Positions 20,585-28,513 of a DNA stretch of 64,000 nt are shown piece by piece. Each line of letters opens with the position of its first letter. Positions within the stretch are counted from its first letter, which is position 1. Below the pieces are notes generated by a model. The model made no database searches, was not told where the DNA came from, and was given only the letters and a program-made list of their open reading frames with translations. A program made the translations under genes and the position numbers. The stretch lies in IMG/VR virus record IMGVR_UViG_3300022555_000013; one strand, 5' to 3'. This DNA is from an uncultured virus (IMG/VR IMGVR_UViG_3300022555_000013). Lineage: Duplodnaviria > Heunggongvirae > Uroviricota > Caudoviricetes.

Positions 20585-21904
20585 ATGACACAGATAGTAA
20601 AACTTAACGAGCAACCAGACAATTTAATTGATTTTCTAAAGAATAAGGACCTTCTAATTTATGAAGATATTCAAGGTGCCCAAATCTTCGCAAAATGGGA
20701 TGGTAATAAATTTATCATTAGACCAAAAAGTATTAATAATCCAGATTTAAACTTTGTTGATTTAACAGTACAAAAGTTCTATAATCAGGCTTTCGAGTAT
20801 CTTCATACACTACCAGATTATGTAACCGATCTACTTTCATCAACTTGGTGGTTTTGTTTTGAATATTTTCCAGATAATCAGCCAGCTCACATTGAATATA
20901 AAAAATTACCAAAAAATAATTTGATCCTGACATGCATTGTCAAAGGAACCAAATATAAATATAAATATGATGAGATTGTTGAATATGCAAGATTATTCAA
21001 TGTTGAACCATTGCCAGTTGTTTTTAAAGGTCAATTAAGTGAAAAACAACTTGAGGTAATTAGTATGTTTTTGCACACATCAGAAAGCGATCTGGATTTT
21101 GTATTTGGGGAAAATAACTTTGCATATTTCTTCTACAAGATTCTGAATCCAAAAGTTGATAACTCATTTTTAATGAATGATTTCAACGATAATATGGAAA
21201 AAATGATAATAAAAATAAATGGTAGTGATGAATATTCATTTGAGATTTTAAATCCAACATACCAAAAAATGAAATTATCCAATAAAACAGAATATTTGGA
21301 AACCTATTCATTGATACTATTAAATTTTTTGGAATATCTCCAGCTTGCAGATAAGAAAAATGTTAAATTAAAAAGTATAACAAAGGATGAATTATACATT
21401 GAACTTATTTGCCACCTTTTTAATGACTATGCTGAAAATATAAAAAAAGAATTAAAGGATTGGAATATAATGATTCCAGATTTTTTTACCGAAGATAAAT
21501 TCAGAATAAATATTGATTTAATTCGTAATGATCAAACAATTGAATATATTAAATCGGATGCTAAATTTGAATATATTTTCAAAATTATTTTGGGCACATT
21601 TAATAAGGTAAAAAAGAAACCTATTGGTATTTTTAATGAAAAAACGGTGGAATTATTCAACAAAGAAGTTGCAAAAATATCCAATTATTTAGATTCAATA
21701 TTACAAGTAAACAGGGAATTTTATCTTCGTAATAATGATTTACTGAACTTTAAAGATTATTTTAACGTCAAATATAATACAGACGGTTCTGGCGCAATAT
21801 ATCCAGATGTTGATAGTGTGATGGGTAAAATACAAGATGAGGTTGGAGAAGAAAAAAAGAAAAAAGTTCAGGGTGTTCCCGCTGCGCCAAAGAAGAAGAT
21901 TTGA
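20585..21904 (+). CDS. ligase/nucleotidyltransferase-like protein lacking the catalytic Lys
   Basis: IYEDIQGAQI where EKxDG is expected, FCFEYF, VEPLPVVFKG; likely start MTQIVKLNE after TAATATATA at 20557. Confidence 0.5.
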   Translation: MTQIVKLNEQPDNLIDFLKNKDLLIYEDIQGAQIFAKWDGNKFIIRPKSINNPDLNFVDLTVQKFYNQAFEYLHTLPDYVTDLLSSTWWFCFEYFPDNQPAHIEYKKLPKNNLILTCIVKGTKYKYKYDEIVEYARLFNVEPLPVVFKGQLSEKQLEVISMFLHTSESDLDFVFGENNFAYFFYKILNPKVDNSFLMNDFNDNMEKMIIKINGSDEYSFEILNPTYQKMKLSNKTEYLETYSLILLNFLEYLQLADKKNVKLKSITKDELYIELICHLFNDYAENIKKELKDWNIMIPDFFTEDKFRINIDLIRNDQTIEYIKSDAKFEYIFKIILGTFNKVKKKPIGIFNEKTVELFNKEVAKISNYLDSILQVNREFYLRNNDLLNFKDYFNVKYNTDGSGAIYPDVDSVMGKIQDEVGEEKKKKVQGVPAAPKKKI

Positions 21905-21927
21905 AAAAAGCCCTTTCGGGCTTTTTT
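21904..21927. terminator. bidirectional intrinsic terminator
   Basis: AAAAAAGCCC-TTTC-GGGCTTTTTT between convergent genes. Confidence 0.85.
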
Positions 21928-22301
21928 CAGTTATCAAGCTGGTTGCTTAATAGTATAAATGGCTCGGCTGAATCCTTATCACGTATCCTTAAATCGCTTG
22001 CAATCTCATTAATAATCATTAGTATATATTTCTGAGCTGTAAATAAATGTTCCGTTTCCGCTTCTTTATATATCATATGAAATTTATTAGCAGCATACTG
22101 ATAAAAATCCATTTCACCAACAATTTTTAAATACTTACTGTGATTTGATTCTTTTATATCAGATAATTCACAAATAAAATTCTTTATTTCATACAACCAC
22201 TCTACTGATACAATTTCTTGTTTTCTTTTTAATTTTTCTACAATCGTTTTGCTAAGCAAATCGAAAGATGAATAAATTTCTGGCAAATCGAAAGATGTCA
22301 T
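21927..22301 (-). CDS. hypothetical protein
   Basis: 124 aa, ATGA-coupled. Confidence 0.7.
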   Translation of the reverse strand: MTSFDLPEIYSSFDLLSKTIVEKLKRKQEIVSVEWLYEIKNFICELSDIKESNHSKYLKIVGEMDFYQYAANKFHMIYKEAETEHLFTAQKYILMIINEIASDLRIRDKDSAEPFILLSNQLDN

Positions 22302-23332
22302 TTTTTATGAATTGGGCAGTTTTTATCAAAGAATGGGTCTTCAGATGGATAATTTTCAATATTGTCAATTTTTGGACAAGTGCACATTGGGGTATTCCAG
22401 AATTTATGAAACTTAATATCCTCTGGTACGCCATACAATGTTTGAAGATTATATTCGATATCAGTAAGCTTCTTGTAATAAACTGCGAGATCATCCCCAG
22501 TATTTGAATTAGCTATTTTATCGTAAATTTTCAATTTTTCTCGAAGGCAATTTTTCAATTGCTCAATATCATTATTCATTAAAAGTTTTTCATTAACCCG
22601 TTCCCGTAATTTCTTATATTTAACCAAATAGATATCTTTAGATTCGATTTCTTTGATCATATCACGGAAATCTGTATAATCTTTACCAGATGAGTCTTTC
22701 GCAAAACTATCTTCTGCTTCTTCTAATTGACCTTCCAATTCTTTAAATTTTTCTTTTTTATCGTTAGGCCCACCATGAAAAGAAATTTCATACAAGACTG
22801 CGCCAAATAAATCGAACACTGTAAATCCCATATCTCCAAGATTTTTGCCGAACACTGGTTTTTTACCACCATATTTAAATAGTTCTAAAGATGTGTTTAA
22901 TCTGAGATTTAAATTCTGAAGATTATTTAAAGGCGCAAAATCAAGCGCATAAGCAATTTCTCCATTTTCACTTTTACCTATGCCATGAAAAATAGCGGAG
23001 ATTGATATATCGCCACTATAATCTTCATACGACCAAGCAACTTCTAAGTATTCACAGTCAGTTTTTTCGCTTGGAATGTTTTGAATTTCTTGAAGAAAAG
23101 CATCAATTTGATGACCACCCATAGATGAATAAAAAATCAAATTAAACACTTCGATATTTGCACTCATAATATCGAATATTCTTTTAAATTTTAGACTTTC
23201 ACCCAATTGAACCTCTTCCATAAGATGCATAAGTAAATCAGCATCCTCAATTGTTTCAATATTTTCATAGTTATCATAATCCTCAATGGAAAAATCACTT
23301 CTAAAAATGGAATTATTTGTTATAGTTATCAT
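22298..23332 (-). CDS. acidic hypothetical protein with C-terminal C-x-C-P...C-P-x-H metal-binding motif
   Basis: FHKFWNTPMCTCPKIDN...NCPIH. Confidence 0.7.
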   Translation of the reverse strand: MITITNNSIFRSDFSIEDYDNYENIETIEDADLLMHLMEEVQLGESLKFKRIFDIMSANIEVFNLIFYSSMGGHQIDAFLQEIQNIPSEKTDCEYLEVAWSYEDYSGDISISAIFHGIGKSENGEIAYALDFAPLNNLQNLNLRLNTSLELFKYGGKKPVFGKNLGDMGFTVFDLFGAVLYEISFHGGPNDKKEKFKELEGQLEEAEDSFAKDSSGKDYTDFRDMIKEIESKDIYLVKYKKLRERVNEKLLMNNDIEQLKNCLREKLKIYDKIANSNTGDDLAVYYKKLTDIEYNLQTLYGVPEDIKFHKFWNTPMCTCPKIDNIENYPSEDPFFDKNCPIHKK

Positions 23333-23364
23333 TTTTCTGACATTTATATTTGTGAATTAATTGA

Positions 23365-23676
23365 TTACCCTATTGTACCTGTGCCAGTTGATCCTGACGC
23401 ATCAAAATCAACATCAACATCAACATCAACATCAACATCAACATCAACATCAACATCAATTGCTGGAATGGCTGAATCTTCCATTCCGACTTCAATTTCT
23501 GGTGAAGAAACTTCCTCAGTCGAAGTATGCGTTTCTTGTTCGGAAAGTTTTTGCTGCTGCATTTTAATATATTCATCAATCATTTTCTTTTTGAGCACTT
23601 CCATTGTCTTCTGCTTGGTTTCTTTGTACTTCGCCAACCGTTTTTTATGATCCTTATTATTCTTACTTTTCGGCAT
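23365..23676 (-). CDS. basic-head/acidic-tail small protein with (DV)8 tract
   Basis: MPKSKNNKDHKKRL N-terminus; tail encoded by a hexamer repeat. Confidence 0.7.
   Translation of the reverse strand: MPKSKNNKDHKKRLAKYKETKQKTMEVLKKKMIDEYIKMQQQKLSEQETHTSTEEVSSPEIEVGMEDSAIPAIDVDVDVDVDVDVDVDVDFDASGSTGTGTIG
23407..23458. repeat. perfect hexamer tandem repeat (ACATCA)8 plus a partial unit
   Basis: Read directly from the sequence. Confidence 0.95.
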
Positions 23677-23755
23677 ATTAATAGATTATTTTTATCTATA
23701 TAGAAAAATAATAAAGGTTTGTTGACAAATATATTAAATATTTTTCAATAAAAAA

Positions 23756-24223
23756 TTAAGCCCATTCAATCTCTTTAATTACCCCAGTAATATTAAATGG
23801 TTCTACTGGCTCCCACTCTTTAATATTATTAGACATTGACGGTTTACCATGTGGGCTAATTGCTAATGTTATGTGAGGAAATGTTGGGCCTTCATCTTCA
23901 TATTTTGGGTTGCTTGGTCGATTAGATTTAGATATAACGAATAATCCTTCTACTTTGACCGCTGCGGCATCTTCAGTTGCACCAAATGCAACAATCCTTA
24001 GTGTGACCTCTTCATCTAAATAGTATCGTCTCAGATGAGCTGGTAAGCTTCCAAGGCATATCGTGCTGTGATGTGCAATTTTATGCCAACATTCAAATCT
24101 TGGGTCTGAATATATAAATGTTGATAATAATAATTCCTTTGACTCCTTATCAATAATAACACCAGAGTATGTAATTGGTTTACCATCTTTATAAAACCCA
24201 TAGTTTTCGAATTTAACAATCAT
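23756..24223 (-). CDS. 2H phosphoesterase-like protein
   Basis: Two HxT motifs (HHSTI, PHITLA), KPSMSN; MIVKFEN leader. Confidence 0.75.
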   Translation of the reverse strand: MIVKFENYGFYKDGKPITYSGVIIDKESKELLLSTFIYSDPRFECWHKIAHHSTICLGSLPAHLRRYYLDEEVTLRIVAFGATEDAAAVKVEGLFVISKSNRPSNPKYEDEGPTFPHITLAISPHGKPSMSNNIKEWEPVEPFNITGVIKEIEWA

Positions 24224-24281
24224 GTGTTATATATTAAACCGCAAAAATAAACTTTTTATTCATACAAATCTATAATAATTA

Positions 24282-24393
24282 AGGAAAACTTCTCACTCCA
24301 AGAAAGACAGTCCTAATCAGGTCGGATTGAGCCAATACTTCTAAGTTTAAGCTTTAAAATAAGGTGGGTTCCTGATAACCCACCTTATTTATT
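24282..24393 (+). ncRNA. candidate small RNA
   Basis: Exact AAAC-N18-TATAAT at 24249-24276, followed by ~75 nt with no ATG and then a 14-bp hairpin. Confidence 0.4.
24357..24390. terminator. long perfect hairpin, likely bidirectional terminator
   Basis: AAATAAGGTGGGTT-CCTGAT-AACCCACCTTATTT. Confidence 0.85.
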
Positions 24394-25080
24394 TTAAAGT
24401 TTCCCCAAATAAACGTCACTTAGCTTACTCAAGACCTTATATTTAAGCTCAGAATAATCAACATCAAAATTATATTCTGGTGTTTTTACATCAATTTCCT
24501 GAACACTCTCCATAATTTTATGGATTTCAAATGAAGTTAAGTTCTTTTTAAATTCCCCACTTTCAATATCATCCAAAATGTCTAAAAGAAGATCAAACGC
24601 TTGTTTTCTCAAATCTGGAGTTCTTGGAAATGTATTGTGAAGAATTTCATGTTCTGGGCTATGAAGCTCTTTAGCTGGCTGAATAACATTTATTTCAGTT
24701 CTTGGATTACTATAATCCATCTTAGAAACGTCAACCTTTTTAATTTGTTCGGCAAGTTGGTTTAAAATTGGTACATTAAAAAAATTGTTAGGATCAATAG
24801 CTTCAAGTTCCCTAAAAATTTGCATAAATAATATTTTTGAAATTTTACTACCATCACTTAACTGGTAATAAATATTATCCTGACTAACAACAGTCACTGT
24901 ATGATTTAGGTCAGATCGTAAGCAATAAATTTTATCTATATATCCAAACCCGTTGTCAACAACAAATTTTTTAATATGATCTTCAATAAAAGAACTTTTA
25001 TTAATGTTCTTCTGCGTTGTTAATTGATCGAAAACATTATATATGCTTTCATCAATTGAATAAGTTTTTGTTACTTTCAT
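24394..25080 (-). CDS. protein with N-terminal ribbon-helix-helix-like DNA-binding domain (start MKVTKTYSID)
   Basis: KTYSIDESIYNVFDQLTTQKNINKSSFIE pattern. Confidence 0.6.
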   Translation of the reverse strand: MKVTKTYSIDESIYNVFDQLTTQKNINKSSFIEDHIKKFVVDNGFGYIDKIYCLRSDLNHTVTVVSQDNIYYQLSDGSKISKILFMQIFRELEAIDPNNFFNVPILNQLAEQIKKVDVSKMDYSNPRTEINVIQPAKELHSPEHEILHNTFPRTPDLRKQAFDLLLDILDDIESGEFKKNLTSFEIHKIMESVQEIDVKTPEYNFDVDYSELKYKVLSKLSDVYLGKL

Positions 25081-25147
25081 AAACTTTTCTTTTTCTTCTA
25101 TATATAAAAATATTATTGTCAAAAATGTTATTTATAATAAAAATGTT

Positions 25148-25339
25148 ATGAAAATATTCAAAATCTCATTTAATGAGGTTATTCCAAAGGATAAAATGAT
25201 CAGAAATTGGTATGTAAACAGTTTTTATAGCCCACCAGATCAAGGGTGTTGGATTATATATTCAGATGAGCCAATGGATGAAAGTGAAATACTTAAAAAT
25301 TTGACTGACGAGAATATTGATAAGTATATGAATAATTAA
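25148..25339 (+). CDS. small hypothetical protein
   Basis: 63 aa. Confidence 0.55.
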   Translation: MKIFKISFNEVIPKDKMIRNWYVNSFYSPPDQGCWIIYSDEPMDESEILKNLTDENIDKYMNN

Positions 25340-25351
25340 TAAACGATATTT

Positions 25352-25672
25352 ATGCAATTTATGGTAATTTATAAGGTTGGTAAAAGAAATATTTGTAAAT
25401 TTAGATGTTTGCTGGATAATGAAAGAACACCGTATGAGCAGGGTATTAATGAGTGCCTTGTTTGGGTTAGGGTACAGAATGAAACTTCTATAAGGTGGCA
25501 TTGTATCAGAAATAGATACACAAATGGAAAGCCTATATTGAATAAAATAATAGATCAGTCCACAAGTGCATTTAATGCCTACTGGGACGGATATAAAATT
25601 TATATGGAATCTGAATTTATTAAAGAACTTCGTAAAGCTAAACTGAATAAAATTTCAAAAATTAAAATATAA
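25352..25672 (+). CDS. hypothetical protein ending RKAKLNKI
   Basis: 106 aa. Confidence 0.65.
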   Translation: MQFMVIYKVGKRNICKFRCLLDNERTPYEQGINECLVWVRVQNETSIRWHCIRNRYTNGKPILNKIIDQSTSAFNAYWDGYKIYMESEFIKELRKAKLNKISKIKI

Positions 25673-26362
25673 GTCCTTTTTTGATTGTTTATATAATTCC
25701 TTTGGAATTTTAACATCAGAATTAAGAACCCATTTACACTTCACATATTTAAGATACTCCAGAAGCTCATCATAATTGATATCCTGATAGTATGGTGGCT
25801 GGACATACATGAAATCATAACGACCACCTATAACGTCAGTAAATTTATCATTATTAAAAATAACATTTTTTTCGGATAATATCTCATACCAACCAAATAT
25901 TAAATCTTTCAAAATATTGGGTGGGCTTCCTTTTTTATTTGGTTGGTATTTTGCAATAAAATTACCGCTATCATCATATTCAAATATTCCACTGCTTGTC
26001 CTATTTAAAAATAATAATTCTGAAGGATCACGATATTTATTATAATCATTTAGCATATCAATCCAATATTCTTTCCGCTCCACAGAATTATCAATACTGT
26101 TCAGATTATCACGTAAGTTGATATAATCATAATATAGTCTATATGGATGATCTCTAAGCTCATTCCAAAAACTAATAATGTCTTCATTTGAATCAGAAAT
26201 AATATAATATTTAATATCGAGTCCAGAATTTATCATTGCAAATAGAACATCACAGCTATTTGCAAATGGCTCAACATATCTGCTTATTTTATTTGGCGCA
26301 TTTTTTATAATATTTTTATATTGAACGAAGCTATCAAACCAAAGTAGAATATCATTCACCAC
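25655..26362 (-). CDS. degenerate Dam-family DNA adenine methyltransferase-like protein
   Basis: YVEPFANS (G-loop altered), ISDSN, LFLNRTS, DFMYVQPPY (DPPY to QPPY). Confidence 0.75.
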   Translation of the reverse strand: MVNDILLWFDSFVQYKNIIKNAPNKISRYVEPFANSCDVLFAMINSGLDIKYYIISDSNEDIISFWNELRDHPYRLYYDYINLRDNLNSIDNSVERKEYWIDMLNDYNKYRDPSELLFLNRTSSGIFEYDDSGNFIAKYQPNKKGSPPNILKDLIFGWYEILSEKNVIFNNDKFTDVIGGRYDFMYVQPPYYQDINYDELLEYLKYVKCKWVLNSDVKIPKELYKQSKKDLYFNF

Positions 26363-26711
26363 TTTCTAATTTTTTTAATTTATCTTTTCTGACGTATATA
26401 TTATAATTGGTGATTTTTATTAAAGGCGGTTGATAAAATTCAATTTTAGATGTCCACCCATCTACTGGTTTCATTTCATGTAATCTGGATGTGTCAAAAA
26501 AATAATGACTATTTTCAACTTTTAATATTAGAAAATAGTCATAATTTTTCAATTTTTTTAAATCATCAAATATACTCAGCAACGAACATTCTACAACTTT
26601 TAATTTAGATATTGTCTCTCGAATATCGTCATTAAAAGGCAAGTTCACAGATTGTTCTGACCAAATCTGTGAACTTAAACCTTTTAAAATACGCCTTTCT
26701 TTATTAGTCAT
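26352..26711 (-). CDS. hypothetical protein ending RKDKLKKL
   Basis: 119 aa. Confidence 0.65.
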   Translation of the reverse strand: MTNKERRILKGLSSQIWSEQSVNLPFNDDIRETISKLKVVECSLLSIFDDLKKLKNYDYFLILKVENSHYFFDTSRLHEMKPVDGWTSKIEFYQPPLIKITNYNIYVRKDKLKKLESGE

Positions 26712-27541
26712 TAACCAGTAACCGTATCTGGCATTTCTGTTGCTATTTGAGAATCCCCAACGGAAAGAGGAAGTTCTTCAGCAATGTGTTCCTCATCGGT
26801 GATGTCCCTTTCGGTATTAAGACCGTCCATAGCATTTAATGCATTAACCCAATGCTTGTAACGGTTTTCTACCCGTACAACTAAAACTCCATATGCATTG
26901 AAAATTTTAGTCATTTTTGCAATTTCGAATAGCAATTTTTTGAAACTGTAAAAACTATCGGTTGATCCCTTTTCTTCGTGTTTGAAGAATAGGTGACTCA
27001 GTAAAACCAATTGCCTAACTGGGATTGATGGTGTAAATGATGGAACCTCCCTTGGAAGGGACTTGGCAACCCTACTTGTTGGGTCAATCCAGTTGGAGAA
27101 CACTTCCCAATATGTAAATACGGTGTTTCCGTCATAAGAAAGTTTTTTGGTCATAGTATGTTCCAGATATGCCCATTCTTTAGCTGTCATTTCAAAATTA
27201 AATTCCATCAATTCATATGACTTCTTCAGGGAATTAAAAAGTTCTTTACCATAACCAAATAATTTATCCCTATCGGATTTTGTCATGTTTTTTACCACAT
27301 CTGAATCAATTCTGTACTTCGAAAAGAAGGTATTAACATTCAGAAATGTATTTTCAAATTGCCCTAATGTGCTATTTTCCACATACTGAAGTCCGTCTTT
27401 TTTGATAACTTCTTCAGCATCCCGCAATTCCAACTCATTAGGGTTAAATTTAATGAGATCATCGCTGTCGAACATTTTTTTGTACTCAGCGTTCAAGTCA
27501 AACTCTTGTCCACTTGAAAAATCGAAAATTTCTTTGTCCAT
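26711..27541 (-). CDS. hypothetical protein
   Basis: 276 aa. Confidence 0.75.
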   Translation of the reverse strand: MDKEIFDFSSGQEFDLNAEYKKMFDSDDLIKFNPNELELRDAEEVIKKDGLQYVENSTLGQFENTFLNVNTFFSKYRIDSDVVKNMTKSDRDKLFGYGKELFNSLKKSYELMEFNFEMTAKEWAYLEHTMTKKLSYDGNTVFTYWEVFSNWIDPTSRVAKSLPREVPSFTPSIPVRQLVLLSHLFFKHEEKGSTDSFYSFKKLLFEIAKMTKIFNAYGVLVVRVENRYKHWVNALNAMDGLNTERDITDEEHIAEELPLSVGDSQIATEMPDTVTG

Positions 27542-27550
27542 CTTAATTTG

Positions 27551-27988
27551 TTATTTTTTAGTTGTTGTTACATTTTGCTGATCTAATTGCTGATCAGCAA
27601 ACAAGTCTTTAACTTGATTGGCCCGCTTCACAGCCTTCAGTCCATATTTCTCCACAAGAGCTGAAGATGTCATTAAGTCTGGCTTACGAATTTTAATAGT
27701 ACCTTTTTCAAGGTTGAAATCAATCAAATCTAATTCTTGATCGATTAAAATTTTCTTTGATTCATCATCGAAAGCATCAAAGTAATTTTCGTTAAAATAG
27801 ACGATCAAATCAGCATTAAGTAATACTGCAAATGAATCTGCTATTTTTTTAATTTTGATTAACGTTTTGAGCTTATCGTCTGCTTGATAAACATACTTTA
27901 AATCTACTGGTAAATTTAAATTTTTCTTTGCTGCCTGAAATGCATCTAAAACGTACTCTGCTAAATCATGAAATTGATCTTTTGCCAT
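27551..27988 (-). CDS. phage metallopeptidase-like fold protein, HExxH not retained
   Basis: ILIDQELDLI...IRKPDL...VEKYG resembles the LxDHELxH...xxPDx...xxKYG pattern; AAAC-N18-TATATT at 28007-28034. Confidence 0.45.
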   Translation of the reverse strand: MAKDQFHDLAEYVLDAFQAAKKNLNLPVDLKYVYQADDKLKTLIKIKKIADSFAVLLNADLIVYFNENYFDAFDDESKKILIDQELDLIDFNLEKGTIKIRKPDLMTSSALVEKYGLKAVKRANQVKDLFADQQLDQQNVTTTKK

Positions 27989-28045
27989 AATTCTATGTTT
28001 TTTCTAAATATATCGTGAAAAGTAAATAAAGTTTAAAATTTAAAA

Positions 28046-28462
28046 TTAAAAAATGATCAATGCTGCTATTCCCAGAAGCAATGCTATTGGAACAATGACG
28101 ATCAATGAGTTAACCAATTTTTTTAAATTCATAAATTTAAACCGAAGGACAATTCTAATATTAAATTGATCTAATTGCTCAATATTATCAGAATCAATTG
28201 TTACATATTCTAAAATACCAAGACTAAATAAATATTCATTTATTAATGAAATATGTGCCTTTACCATATTATCAATATAATAAATACCGTATTTATTAAT
28301 ATTTTCTTTATCCTCAAATGGAAGTACGAGAACCGTATATAATCGAAATATCCAATCATAATATATCCCCCAAACATTGTTATTAATTCTTGAATCGGCT
28401 AATGCTCGTTTATTTTTTTTCAACAGCTTAATATACCGATATAAATGAAGTAATTTCTTCAT
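28046..28462 (-). CDS. hypothetical protein with C-terminal TM anchor
   Basis: 138 aa, hydrophobic C-terminus. Confidence 0.7.
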   Translation of the reverse strand: MKKLLHLYRYIKLLKKNKRALADSRINNNVWGIYYDWIFRLYTVLVLPFEDKENINKYGIYYIDNMVKAHISLINEYLFSLGILEYVTIDSDNIEQLDQFNIRIVLRFKFMNLKKLVNSLIVIVPIALLLGIAALIIF

Positions 28463-28513
28463 AAAAAGTATTATTTTTAGGATATATATTGTAAAATAAC
28501 GGTCCCGATGAAA

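Noticed and set aside
23361..23650. ORFs with poly-HQ, poly-ML and poly-ST tracts
   Set aside because: Alternative-frame readings of the hexamer repeat in the 23365-23676 gene.
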